From: a virus
Lineage: Duplodnaviria > Caudoviricetes
IMG/VR virus record: IMGVR_UViG_3300024344_003081
Strand: one strand, 5' to 3'
Length of the DNA: 64,000 nucleotides
Position 1 is the first letter of the stretch. Every line of letters starts with the position of its first letter. Under the pieces are notes generated by a model. That model had not been told where the DNA came from, did no database searches, and worked only from the letters and a program-made list of their open reading frames with translations. The position numbers and the translations under genes were made by a program. Below are positions 9,000 to 18,866 of this stretch, in pieces.

Positions 9000-11333
9000 A
9001 TGAATGAAATACAGTCTACAAAATCTCTTTTAGCAAAACTTCTTGCTTCTGAGAACATTACAGTAGAGCATGGTAATTATCAAACAGCATCATTTGATGT
9101 TAAAAATCGGGTCATTCGTCTACCAATTTTCAAGTATATGAGTGGTTCGATTTATGATTTGATGGTTCTCCATGAAGTTGGACATGCACTTTGGACTCCT
9201 TTAAAAGGATTGCATTCTGAGAAGAATGAGAAGGGTCCTGGATTTAAGTCTTATCTTAATGTTGTTGAAGATGCTAGAATTGAGAAAAAGATAAAAAGAA
9301 AATATCCAGGTGGTTCAAAGCCGATGATTGAAGGCTATCGCCAACTTGTATCAGAGAACTTTTTTGCAACAAAAGATCGTGATCTGAATGCATTAAATTT
9401 GATTGATAGAATTAATTTACATTATAAAATCGGTGCATCTGCGGGTATTGAATTTGATGAAATAGAAAGTCCTTTTCTTACTGAAATTGATAAAGCAGAG
9501 ACTTTTGAAGAAATTTATGATATAACTGTAAGACTTTATGATTATTCAAAAGAAAATGAAAGTCAAACAGATTTTCAAGATTTTACTGATTTTGATTCTT
9601 CAATGTGTGAAGGTTTTGAAAGTTTTGAAGAAGAGCCTGAAGTAATGGGTGATTCTCCGCTTGAGTGGATGGAAGAAGAGGAAGAACGTGAAGATGCCAA
9701 GTCGGGTATGAGAGGTGATAGTTTAGAATCTGAAGAGGAAGAAGGATCTTCTGAAGAAGATTCTGCTGGAACATCTGAAGAAGATTCTGCTTCTGCTGGA
9801 AATAAAGGAGAAAATGAAGATGAAAATGGAGATAAAGGTAAAGAAGCGAGTGGAATAACTTCTGGTCTTGAGGGTGGAGTATCGAATGATGAAAGATATG
9901 AACCTAAATCTATAACTGATGAAGCATGGCAAGAATCAGCAAAAGATTTAAATCAAGAAACTGACCGAATTAGGGAATATGTAACAATTCCAAAAGCAAA
10001 TTTGGAAGAAATAATTGTTCCTCACAAAGAATTATATAAGATGACTCGGGACTTTTTTAAAGATTCTAAGTATGAAGACGGTCGTTATGATGAATTCTTT
10101 GCCGCCGCACAAAGTATGGTGAAAGATTTCAAAAGAAAAAATTCAAAAACAGTAGATTATCTTGTTAAAGAATTTGAAATGAAAAAGAGGGCTGATGAGT
10201 ATAAAAGAACCAGCATTTCAAAAACTGGTTTACTTGATATGTCTTCAATTCATTCTTACAAATATAATGATAATCTTTTCAAAAAAGTTGCAACTATTGC
10301 TTCTGGAAAAAATCACGGTCTTGTTTTATTCATAGACTGGTCTGGTTCTATGCATTCCAATTTACCTGGTACTATTGATCAACTTTTGAATCTGGTTTTA
10401 TTTTGCAGAAAAGTAAATATTCCTTTTGAAGTATATGCTTTTACTGATCGTAATATTAAACAACCACTGGTTGATGGACAGCCAGTAGATTCTTCAATTC
10501 AAGAAGATATTAAACAGAAGGACAGGGTTTTCTTTCAAAAAGAAGGTCATATTGCTTCTAATTCTACTTTGTTTTTGATGAATCTTTTTAGTAGTTCAAT
10601 GTTAACTTCAGAGTTGAATTATGCTATGCAAATTATGATGCAAATGAAGATGAGATATGATACTGAAAATTGGTACGGTTTTAGATACAGTATTCCATAT
10701 CATTTTGAATTGGGCGGAACTCCTCTTGATGCAACAATTATTACAGCATTGGAATTGATTCCTGAATTTCAAAAGAAAAATCGTGTACAAATTGTAAATA
10801 CAGTTTTTCTTACTGATGGTGAATCTCACACTAATACTCAAGTTTGGAGACCTAATAAAGAAGGTGTTCTTGATAAAGAATATTTTGATAGTAGAGGAAG
10901 AGACACTTATTATACTGATCCTGTCAGTAAAAAAACTTATACATCTACAGGTCGCCGATCTGGAATGTCTACTCATACTTTTTATAATATTTTGAAAGAT
11001 CGATGTAAAGTCAATATTCTGGGATTTTTCTTAATAGGAAAAAGATTTAAATGGGTAAGTTCTGATATTTCCTGGGGTACAAAGAATGCTCCAAATCCTG
11101 CTGAAATTTTAAAATTATTCAAAAAAGAAAAATCATATGTTGCTTCAAATTGGATCGGATATGATAAATTATATTACATTAAAGATGGTAGTGATTTGAA
11201 TGTTGAAGATGAAGGTTTTGCTGTTACTGAAGATGCTTCAAAAAGTCAATTGACTAAAGCATTTAAAAAATTCACTGGCAAAAAACTTACTAACAGAATT
11301 GTTCTGAAAAGTTTTGCAGAAATGGTCGCATGA
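9000..11333 (+). CDS. CobT-like protein: N-terminal HExxH zincin-like domain, acidic linker, C-terminal vWA domain
   Basis: LHEVGHALWT, NVVEDARIE, MIDAS-like FIDWSGSM, GGTPL, FLTDGES. Confidence 0.8.
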   Translation: MNEIQSTKSLLAKLLASENITVEHGNYQTASFDVKNRVIRLPIFKYMSGSIYDLMVLHEVGHALWTPLKGLHSEKNEKGPGFKSYLNVVEDARIEKKIKRKYPGGSKPMIEGYRQLVSENFFATKDRDLNALNLIDRINLHYKIGASAGIEFDEIESPFLTEIDKAETFEEIYDITVRLYDYSKENESQTDFQDFTDFDSSMCEGFESFEEEPEVMGDSPLEWMEEEEEREDAKSGMRGDSLESEEEEGSSEEDSAGTSEEDSASAGNKGENEDENGDKGKEASGITSGLEGGVSNDERYEPKSITDEAWQESAKDLNQETDRIREYVTIPKANLEEIIVPHKELYKMTRDFFKDSKYEDGRYDEFFAAAQSMVKDFKRKNSKTVDYLVKEFEMKKRADEYKRTSISKTGLLDMSSIHSYKYNDNLFKKVATIASGKNHGLVLFIDWSGSMHSNLPGTIDQLLNLVLFCRKVNIPFEVYAFTDRNIKQPLVDGQPVDSSIQEDIKQKDRVFFQKEGHIASNSTLFLMNLFSSSMLTSELNYAMQIMMQMKMRYDTENWYGFRYSIPYHFELGGTPLDATIITALELIPEFQKKNRVQIVNTVFLTDGESHTNTQVWRPNKEGVLDKEYFDSRGRDTYYTDPVSKKTYTSTGRRSGMSTHTFYNILKDRCKVNILGFFLIGKRFKWVSSDISWGTKNAPNPAEILKLFKKEKSYVASNWIGYDKLYYIKDGSDLNVEDEGFAVTEDASKSQLTKAFKKFTGKKLTNRIVLKSFAEMVA

Positions 11334-11336
11334 ATT

Positions 11337-11729
11337 ATGGCAATCGATAATCCTGTATGGGACAATAAAAATAAAGAAATACAAAAAATCTTAACAGAAA
11401 AGATTCTGACAGATTCCCAATTGCTTAAAGCAATGGAAACTTCAGCCCATAAGGAAATAAATAGACTGCAAGAACATGCAAATCTTTTAGTAAAACAAGC
11501 ACACGAAATTATGGAAAGAGTACAATTAACAAAAAGAATACATGAAAGAGTTGATATTCAATTTCGTATTGTAAAAGAAAAACATTATTTTTTATATGAA
11601 GATGATACATTATCTTTAATTTCTCCAGAAGAATGGGATAAGAAAGAATCATCTATTACAGTAAAACAATTAGGAGATGGAACGTGGGAAGAAGTAATTA
11701 ATTTGGATGAAAACCAAGAAATGTCTTGA
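11337..11729 (+). CDS. Conserved hypothetical protein (DUF2452-like)
   Basis: HYFLYE...LSLISPEEW...VKQLGDGTWEEV pattern. Confidence 0.55.
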   Translation: MAIDNPVWDNKNKEIQKILTEKILTDSQLLKAMETSAHKEINRLQEHANLLVKQAHEIMERVQLTKRIHERVDIQFRIVKEKHYFLYEDDTLSLISPEEWDKKESSITVKQLGDGTWEEVINLDENQEMS

Positions 11730-11754
11730 CACTATTGTTGAAATTTGAGATAAT
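11726..11754 (+). promoter_or_regulatory. sigma70-type promoter
   Basis: TTGACA(11726)-17 nt-TGn-GATAAT(11749). Confidence 0.7.
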
Positions 11755-11760
11755 AGTAGT

Positions 11761-11882
11761 GAAGAGTGAGGGAAGAATGAGGTGAATACCGCCCGGCTCA
11801 TGGAAATGTTTGCCCTGTGAATAGAAAAACAGGTAAGAAAAAAGGAGCGCCCCGCCGCCATGACATTCACTCTTTATTTTTT
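11761..11882 (+). ncRNA. Candidate structured small RNA or cis-regulatory leader
   Basis: GC-rich island directly after the promoter; closing helix AAGAGTGA(11762)/TCACTCTT(11867), inner CCTGT/ACAGG, TCATGG/CCATGA, GCTC/GAGC; followed by a T-rich tract. Confidence 0.45.
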
Positions 11883-11910
11883 ATAACTTATATATTATGG
11901 AGATTGTGAA

Positions 11911-13101
11911 ATGAATGCTAATCAAAAATCGCTTATTGAAGCCGTTATTGAAGCAGGTTATGAAGATGAAATTACACGTCCAGAATTGAAAGCAATTGGA
12001 AGAAAACTTGGTGTAAGTACTGCATGGGTGCAAAAAAATACTGCATACAAGGTTGCTAGAGGTGTATATCGTATCCCCCAAATTGATGGTTCTGTAAAAA
12101 GTGCATTAGCACAAACTGTTGCTAGTGAAAACATCGAAGAAAAAGAAAATAAAGTGATTCCATTTCCAACACAAACTGAATCTTTTATTCCAGATAAAGA
12201 TTCTCATTTTGTTAGATTTGGACATTGTAAAGATGTAGAGTCAATTGTTAAATCAAGAATTTTTTATCCAACATTTGTTACTGGTCTTTCTGGTAATGGT
12301 AAAACTTTCATGATTGAACAGGTTTGTGCAAGACTTAATCGTGAAATGTTTCGTGTTAACGTTACTATTGAAACTGATGAAGACGATTTGCTTGGTCACT
12401 ATCTTTTAAAAGATGGTGAAACTGTTTGGCAAGATGGTCCAGTTATTCAAGCAATGAAACGTGGTGCAATTTTGCTTCTTGATGAAGTTGACCTTGCATC
12501 AAATAAAATTATGTGTTTGCAACCTGTTCTTGAAGGTAAAGGAATTTTTATTAAAAAGATAAACCAATGGGTTCGTCCTATTCGTGGTTTTAATATTTTT
12601 GCTACTGCAAATACTAAAGGAAAAGGTTCTGATGATGGTCGATTTATTGGAACAAATATTCTTAATGAAGCATTTCTTGAAAGATTTGCAATTACTATGG
12701 AACAAGAATATCCTAGTATAGGAGTTGAGAAAAAAATTCTCAATTCAGTTCTTGCTTCTCTTGATTGTGTAAATACAGAATTCGTTGAGAAACTTACAAA
12801 TTGGGCGGATATTATTCGCAAAACATTTTATGATGGTGGTGTTGATGAAATTATTGCTACTCGCCGATTGGTTCATATTTGTAATGCTTATGCTATCTTT
12901 AAAGATAAAATGAAATCAATTCAAATGTGTGTTAATCGTTTTGATGAAGAAACAAAATCAGCTTTCCTTGATTTGTATAGTAAGGTTGATGCTGAAGTTG
13001 TTAATCCTAACGATGATCCTGCGGCTGAAGGAGAAGCGGCACTTGATGCTGAAATTACTGAATCTACTGAATCCGAAGAAGATCCAGAAACTCCTTTTTA
13101 A
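11911..13101 (+). CDS. CobS/MoxR-like AAA+ ATPase
   Basis: GLSGNGKT, LLLDEVD, ATANTKGKGS, LNEAFLERF; partner of the vWA protein. Confidence 0.9.
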   Translation: MNANQKSLIEAVIEAGYEDEITRPELKAIGRKLGVSTAWVQKNTAYKVARGVYRIPQIDGSVKSALAQTVASENIEEKENKVIPFPTQTESFIPDKDSHFVRFGHCKDVESIVKSRIFYPTFVTGLSGNGKTFMIEQVCARLNREMFRVNVTIETDEDDLLGHYLLKDGETVWQDGPVIQAMKRGAILLLDEVDLASNKIMCLQPVLEGKGIFIKKINQWVRPIRGFNIFATANTKGKGSDDGRFIGTNILNEAFLERFAITMEQEYPSIGVEKKILNSVLASLDCVNTEFVEKLTNWADIIRKTFYDGGVDEIIATRRLVHICNAYAIFKDKMKSIQMCVNRFDEETKSAFLDLYSKVDAEVVNPNDDPAAEGEAALDAEITESTESEEDPETPF

Positions 13102-13117
13102 TCGTTTTATCTGACAG

Positions 13118-13125
13118 TATAAATA
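13118..13125 (+). promoter_or_regulatory. T4-type late promoter TATAAATA
   Basis: Exact consensus, intergenic. Confidence 0.55.
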
Positions 13126-13164
13126 ATAGAGGATATAGAGTAAAATCTTATCCTCTATTTTTTT
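13126..13164 (+). terminator. Intrinsic terminator-like hairpin
   Basis: ATAGAGGATA/TATCCTCTAT stem plus T tract. Confidence 0.7.
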
Positions 13165-13186
13165 ATCATTTTCACGTGGAGAAATA

Positions 13187-14194
13187 ATGCAGATTGAGAT
13201 TAAAGTTGAAGAATTAAGAAAGAAAAAAATATTTGTAGCAACACCAATGTATGGTGGTCAATGTCATGGAATGTATGCAAAATCCGCCATTGATCTTGCA
13301 ACATTGTGTGCAAATTATGGAGTAGAATGTAGGTTTTTTTACATATTTAATGAATCTCTTATTACCAGAGCAAGAAATTATTTAGTCGATGAATTTTTAA
13401 GAGCGGAAGAATTTACACACTTGATGTTTATTGATAGTGATATTCATTTTGATCCAAGGGATGTTTTGTCTCTTGCGGCTTTATGTGATGATGATAAACC
13501 TATTATTGGTGGACCCTACGGTAAAAAATGTATTGCTTGGGAAAAAATTGTGCAAGCAGTAGATTCAGGAATTGCGGATAAAGATCCAGAAGAACTATCA
13601 AAATTTGTAGGTGATTTTGTGTTTAATCCAGTTGCAGGAACGCAAGAACTTGCAATTAATGAACCCGTAAATGTTTTAGAAATTGGAACTGGTTTTATGA
13701 TGGTTCAGAGACAAGTTTTTGATAAATGGAGAGAAGCATATCCTCAGTTTCATTATAAACCAGATCATAATCGTTCAGAGCAATTTAAAGGTGATCGATA
13801 TATTCATGCATATTTTGATACAGTCATTGATAATGAACAATATATGCCTATGGGTTCATCGAATAAATCTGATCGATATTTATCGGAAGATTATGCATTT
13901 TGTCAATTATCAAGACATATAGACATTCCTATCTATTTGTGTCCTTGGATGAAATTAGGACATATAGGCACTTATGTTTTTGATGGTTCAATGGCTGATC
14001 TTGGAAGAATAGATACTTCAAATCCACTTGCAAAAAGTCATCAAGAACAATCTCAAAAATTAAGGGCGGCTAGAATAAAAGTTACTGAAGAAGCACAAGC
14101 AGTAAAGAAAATTGAAGACATTGAAAAGGTAAAAGGAAACAGGCAAGAAAGACGAAAAGCATTAAGAGATAAGAAGAAAAAGAAGAAACGTTGA
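13187..14194 (+). CDS. GT-A fold glycosyltransferase-like conserved phage protein
   Basis: IFVATPMYGG, ESLITRARN, DxD-like FIDSDIHF, YLSEDYAFC, LGHIG. Confidence 0.6.
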   Translation: MQIEIKVEELRKKKIFVATPMYGGQCHGMYAKSAIDLATLCANYGVECRFFYIFNESLITRARNYLVDEFLRAEEFTHLMFIDSDIHFDPRDVLSLAALCDDDKPIIGGPYGKKCIAWEKIVQAVDSGIADKDPEELSKFVGDFVFNPVAGTQELAINEPVNVLEIGTGFMMVQRQVFDKWREAYPQFHYKPDHNRSEQFKGDRYIHAYFDTVIDNEQYMPMGSSNKSDRYLSEDYAFCQLSRHIDIPIYLCPWMKLGHIGTYVFDGSMADLGRIDTSNPLAKSHQEQSQKLRAARIKVTEEAQAVKKIEDIEKVKGNRQERRKALRDKKKKKKR

Positions 14195-14219
14195 CATATG
14201 TTACTGTGTATGGTATAAT
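14191..14219 (+). promoter_or_regulatory. sigma70-type promoter
   Basis: Perfect TTGACA-17 nt-TGn-TATAAT. Confidence 0.85.
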
Positions 14220-14251
14220 GATGATAATTAAACAATTAATAGAGAAAAATT

Positions 14252-14929
14252 ATGAAATTAAGTGATCAAACGGTTTCTGTTTTGAAAAATTTTGCTAATA
14301 TTAATAGTGGAATTTTCTTTGAACAAGGAAAAGTAATCAGAACAGTTGCTCCTACTAAAGCAATTTTAGCGAAAGCTAATATTGTAGAAGAAATACCAAG
14401 AAATTTCGGTATATATGATATAACAAAAATGCTCGGTTCGTATTCTTTATTTGAATATCCTGAAGTCGAATTTGAAGATAAGTATATTGTTATTGAAGAC
14501 AAGAAGAATAAAAGAAATGTAAAATATTGGGTTTGTGATCCCGAACTTATTGTAAGACCACCAGAAGGAAAAGAAATTGCACTTCCTTCTGAAGATGTAA
14601 ATTTTGTTCTTGATTCTGATGCATTAGATTTTACAATTAAACAAGCTAGTGTTTTATCGCTTCCTGAAATAGGTATTATAGGTAATGGTACTGATATAAC
14701 TATTTCAGCATTGGATTCACAAACTAATGAAACTTCTTCCGAACAAGTAGTCGGTGAAACCGATAAAAATTTCAAATTTGTTTTTAAGTTTGAAAATATT
14801 ACAAAATTGATGGCCAAAAATTATAATGTGTCTTTGTCTAGTAAAGGATTGTCGAAATTTAACAGTTCTGATAATGTTATAGAATATTTTGTTGCTATCG
14901 AATTAGCAAATTCTATATATGAAGATTAA
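14252..14929 (+). CDS. gp45: Sliding clamp gp45
   Basis: MKLSDQTVSVLKNFANIN, FGIYDITKML; synteny with gp44. Confidence 0.92.
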   Translation: MKLSDQTVSVLKNFANINSGIFFEQGKVIRTVAPTKAILAKANIVEEIPRNFGIYDITKMLGSYSLFEYPEVEFEDKYIVIEDKKNKRNVKYWVCDPELIVRPPEGKEIALPSEDVNFVLDSDALDFTIKQASVLSLPEIGIIGNGTDITISALDSQTNETSSEQVVGETDKNFKFVFKFENITKLMAKNYNVSLSSKGLSKFNSSDNVIEYFVAIELANSIYED

Positions 14930-14950
14930 TATGTATATTATGGATAATAA

Positions 14951-15892
14951 ATGTTTGGAGAATCTTTTTTATGGGTCGAAAAATATAGACCTAAAACAAT
15001 CGATGAGTGTATACTTCCTGATAGAATAAAAACACTTTTTCAACAGATATCATCGGAAAGTCGTATTCCTAATATGATTCTTTCTGGCGGTCCTGGTATG
15101 GGTAAAACGACCGTTGCGAAAGCACTTTGTAATGAAGTGGGATGTGATTTTCTTATGATAAATGGTTCTGAAGAATCTGGTATTGATGTTCTACGTACTA
15201 AGATTAGAGGATATGCATCAACTGTTAGTTTTGATGGTAAAAGAAAAGTTGTTATACTCGATGAAGCAGATTATTTAAATCCCCAATCTACCCAGCCCGC
15301 CTTAAGGTCTTTTATTGAAGAATTCGAAAAACATTGTTCATTTATAATGACATGTAATTATATTAATCGAATTATTGAACCTCTTCATTCTAGATGTCAA
15401 ACAATTGATTTTCGTATAAATAAAGAAGAGAAGTTAAATGTTGGATCGAATTTCGGAAAAAGACTTTATACAATCCTAGATCAAGAAAAAGTAAATTATG
15501 ATAAGAAAGTGGTCGCCGAAGTGTTGATGAAACACTTTCCCGATTATCGCCGAGTATTAAACGAACTCCAAAAATATTCTAAATATGGTAACATAGATTC
15601 GGGCATTCTGTCCCAAGTCTCCGATATAGATTTGTCTGAACTTATGAATCATATGAAAGATAAAAAATTTAATGAGGTACGAAAATGGGTTGTTAATAAT
15701 TTAGATAATGATCCACAAAAAATATATAGAAAAATATATGATGTTGCAGAAAAATATGTACAAACAACATCGATACCTCAATTAGTATTAATTTTGGCAG
15801 ACTCCCAGTATAAATCTGCATTTGCCGCAGATCATGAATTAAATTTAGTTGCATGTCTTGTAGAGATAATGGTAGAATGTCAATTTAATTAA
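14951..15892 (+). CDS. gp44: Clamp loader ATPase gp44
   Basis: WVEKYRP, GPGMGKTT, DEAD, PLHSRC. Confidence 0.95.
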   Translation: MFGESFLWVEKYRPKTIDECILPDRIKTLFQQISSESRIPNMILSGGPGMGKTTVAKALCNEVGCDFLMINGSEESGIDVLRTKIRGYASTVSFDGKRKVVILDEADYLNPQSTQPALRSFIEEFEKHCSFIMTCNYINRIIEPLHSRCQTIDFRINKEEKLNVGSNFGKRLYTILDQEKVNYDKKVVAEVLMKHFPDYRRVLNELQKYSKYGNIDSGILSQVSDIDLSELMNHMKDKKFNEVRKWVVNNLDNDPQKIYRKIYDVAEKYVQTTSIPQLVLILADSQYKSAFAADHELNLVACLVEIMVECQFN

Positions 15893-15901
15893 AGAGATAA
15901 T

Positions 15902-16468
15902 ATGATAAAAAATGCACTTATACAAGTTCTTTTGTGTTGGTTAGTTGTTGCTTTTACAATAATGGGTATAGGTAAAGTAATAAAAGGAGAAGAAATTAGA
16001 GATCCTAATCCAAATATAAAATTATATAATTGGACAACACAATTATTGTATGATACTACAAATGCTTGTTATCAAGGAACATTACGATGGATAGTTATGT
16101 CTAAACCTGATCTTGCTGGTATTCCTCCTGGATTTGAATCTCAAAGACAAATGTTAGTGCATTGTTTTTGTGTCATGGATAGAATTAGATCGAAATATAA
16201 AATAGAAGAATATCGTAAAAAAGTTTTTGACAGCAAATTCATTGGAAGTCTTTTTATGGATAATGCATTTGAATGTGTAAAAAATGAAAAAACATTACAT
16301 TCTTTTTTTGTTGTGGAAGACAACGAATCACTTAAAACACGAAATATACCACAATTTAACGAACCAACAAAAATACCAAGAGAGAAACCTGAGGATTCAA
16401 AAGAAGAGTCACCAGACCAACAACAGGAAGAATCGGAAGGATCTCCTCAAACAATTTTTCAAGGATAA
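15902..16468 (+). CDS. Hypothetical secreted or membrane-anchored protein
   Basis: N-terminal hydrophobic segment; several Cys (C..HCFC..C). Confidence 0.6.
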   Translation: MIKNALIQVLLCWLVVAFTIMGIGKVIKGEEIRDPNPNIKLYNWTTQLLYDTTNACYQGTLRWIVMSKPDLAGIPPGFESQRQMLVHCFCVMDRIRSKYKIEEYRKKVFDSKFIGSLFMDNAFECVKNEKTLHSFFVVEDNESLKTRNIPQFNEPTKIPREKPEDSKEESPDQQQEESEGSPQTIFQG

Positions 16469-16470
16469 AA

Positions 16471-17559
16471 ATGAAAAACATCAAGTATTATGGCTTGATA
16501 TGTTTTTTTATTATTATTTCACTTGTACCGATAAACATATCAGCTACAGAAAACAATTTTGGAGAAGTCGTTGAAAGGGCGAAAAAGTCAGTAGTATTAC
16601 TGTCTATGAACCCTAGTGATAATCCAGAAACAAATCCAAATTCATCAGGACTATGTTCTGGTGTAGTTATAGATGATATTGGTCATGTTCTTACAAATTT
16701 TCATTGTGTTTATAATCAAAATTTTATAAAATTATATTATTATGATGAAAATGATTGGGCTGATTATGATGTAAATGTAATAGGTTTAGATCCGCTTGCA
16801 GATTTAGCAGTACTTCAAGTCTTAGGAAAAGAAGAACCGATTCCATATCTTAAATTTGCAGAAAATTCAGATAATATAACATTAGGAACTGATGTTTTTG
16901 CATTAGGGCATCCTATGGGAATGGCATGGAGTTTAACTAAGGGAATTGTTTCTAGTAATGAAAGATATGCTAGACATCCCTTTATTAAAGCAATTCAAAC
17001 TGATTCTGCAATTAATAAAGGAAATTCGGGCGGTCCTCTTATGAACATGAAAGGAGAAATCGTAGGGATTAATGCATTAATTGTTTCTAGAATTTCTGAA
17101 AGTGCAGGAATAGGTTTAGCGATTAGAGGTGATATTGCAAAAAAATCTGTTTTATCTATGTTATCTATTGGAAGAGTTGATAGACCAGCAATTGGTATTA
17201 TGATTATGGAATTGGTCAATGAGAACTCAAGAAAAAAAATAATGAAAGAATTTCCTAAACTTAAAGAAAATCATATTCCAAATACTTATGGAATATTTGT
17301 GAGGTCTGATAAAAACCCCAAAGGAATAAAGAAATTTGATACTATTGTTGCAATTAATGATATCATGACTAATGGTCAAGTACAATTTTCTGATGAAATA
17401 AGTAAATATAATGTAGGAGATATTATTACTTTGACAGTTATACGAAAACGAAGATATTTAAAAGTTGATATTCCGTTAAAGGTTTTTCCCGTTGATGCTG
17501 ATGCATTGTATTCAGTAATACGTAGACCAACATTACCAATAGTACCAGAAAATAAATGA
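16471..17559 (+). CDS. HtrA/DegP-like trypsin serine protease with PDZ-like C-terminus and signal peptide
   Basis: Catalytic triad TNFHCV, DLAVL, GNSGGPL. Confidence 0.88.
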   Translation: MKNIKYYGLICFFIIISLVPINISATENNFGEVVERAKKSVVLLSMNPSDNPETNPNSSGLCSGVVIDDIGHVLTNFHCVYNQNFIKLYYYDENDWADYDVNVIGLDPLADLAVLQVLGKEEPIPYLKFAENSDNITLGTDVFALGHPMGMAWSLTKGIVSSNERYARHPFIKAIQTDSAINKGNSGGPLMNMKGEIVGINALIVSRISESAGIGLAIRGDIAKKSVLSMLSIGRVDRPAIGIMIMELVNENSRKKIMKEFPKLKENHIPNTYGIFVRSDKNPKGIKKFDTIVAINDIMTNGQVQFSDEISKYNVGDIITLTVIRKRRYLKVDIPLKVFPVDADALYSVIRRPTLPIVPENK

Positions 17560-17954
17560 CTCCTTTCGATTTTTTAAATGATATAAATTATGGTAAAAAA
17601 AATCTGATGGTTGATGATATCGACCATCAGGTTGAAAAACAATATACGCCCTTTATTGTTAATAAAGGACTGTCTTATACAATGGATACAGCCATTTATG
17701 CGAATGAAATGAATATTCGCCCTAATACTGATAAGAAACTACAATTTGACTATTTAATAAATACAATCAGACGTAATAAACGTTTTCCAAAGTGGATAAA
17801 ACATGAGGAAGACGAAAACATCAGAGTGATCATGGATTATTATGGATATAATGTACACAGAGCAAAGGAAGTTTTATCTTTGCACTCCATGGAAGAAATT
17901 AGTCAATTAAAAGAAAAATTAGATACGGGCGGTGAAAGGAACACAAATGTATGA
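17556..17954 (+). CDS. gp62: Clamp loader small subunit gp62
   Basis: PFDFLNDIN...YTPFIVNKGLSYTMDT...YANEMN...QFDYLINTIRRNKRF. Confidence 0.9.
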   Translation: MTPFDFLNDINYGKKNLMVDDIDHQVEKQYTPFIVNKGLSYTMDTAIYANEMNIRPNTDKKLQFDYLINTIRRNKRFPKWIKHEEDENIRVIMDYYGYNVHRAKEVLSLHSMEEISQLKEKLDTGGERNTNV

Positions 17955-18342
17955 CATTAGTGAAATGGTAGAAATTATTTTAAAAGAGAGTGATGATTTT
18001 CTAAAAGTAAAAGAAACATTAACTCGGATTGGTGTAGCTAGTAGAAAAGAAAAAACGCTTTATCAGTCTTGTCACATTTTACACAAACAAAGTAAATATT
18101 ATATAGTGCATTTTAAAGAGTTATTTGCTCTTGATGGTAAGCCTTATAATTTTTCAGATACAGATATTGCTAGAAGAAACACAATAGCAAATCTATTAGA
18201 AGAATGGAATCTTGTTAAATTAGTAGATGTAGAAAAAACAAAAGATCCTTCTTTACCTTTAAATCAATTAAAAATACTTTCTTTTTCTGAAAAAGAAGAA
18301 TGGACATTAACACCGAAATATAATATCGGCAAAAAATCATAA
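17947..18342 (+). CDS. regA: Translational repressor RegA
   Basis: DDFLKVKETLTRIGVASRK...LYQSCHILHKQ...YYIVHFKELFALDGK. Confidence 0.95.
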   Translation: MYDISEMVEIILKESDDFLKVKETLTRIGVASRKEKTLYQSCHILHKQSKYYIVHFKELFALDGKPYNFSDTDIARRNTIANLLEEWNLVKLVDVEKTKDPSLPLNQLKILSFSEKEEWTLTPKYNIGKKS

Positions 18343-18866
18343 TGAATGGAACATTTGAATTACAAGAAAATTTAGGAATTTTTTGTTTGTATGATGATGT
18401 TGAAGTACCATCATTAGCAACTGAAAAGTCGGCATGTTTTGACTTGAAAGCATATCTTAAATCGCATACAAAAGTACTTGCATATAATCATTATAATCAT
18501 AAAAAAGAAATTCTCATAACAAATAACTCTTTATCAATGTTACCACATTGGAGATATCTAATACCCACAGGAATAATTTTTGATATTCCTAGAGGATATT
18601 ATGTTAAAGTTCATCCTCGTTCTGGTAATGCATTGAAAAAAGGTTTAATTACTGCAAATAATGTGGGGATTGTTGATGAAGATTATGTAGAAGAATGTAA
18701 TTGTATTATGAGAAATGTATCACATACTCCTATTCAAATTAATCATGGTGATAGAATTGCACAAGCAGAATTGCGTAAAGTAGAAAATTTCAACATCAAA
18801 CTTGTACGTAAACGACCAAAACAAAAAACAGATAGAGATGGTGGATTTGGCTCTACTGGACAATGA
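18342..18866 (+). CDS. dut: Trimeric dUTPase
   Basis: ACFDL, PRSG, GIVDEDY, RIAQ, RDGGFGSTG. Confidence 0.92.
   Translation: MNGTFELQENLGIFCLYDDVEVPSLATEKSACFDLKAYLKSHTKVLAYNHYNHKKEILITNNSLSMLPHWRYLIPTGIIFDIPRGYYVKVHPRSGNALKKGLITANNVGIVDEDYVEECNCIMRNVSHTPIQINHGDRIAQAELRKVENFNIKLVRKRPKQKTDRDGGFGSTGQ

Noticed and set aside
11761-11882. Assignment as a bona fide cobalamin riboswitch
   Set aside because: Partial motif similarity only, with a large insertion between the P4-like and CCCCGC elements and no GAGCCAG/ACC closing segment; kept as an unclassified RNA candidate
9000-13101. Cobalamin biosynthesis (cobaltochelatase CobST)
   Set aside because: No CobN or other cob genes in the window; the domains fit a generic MoxR/vWA pair
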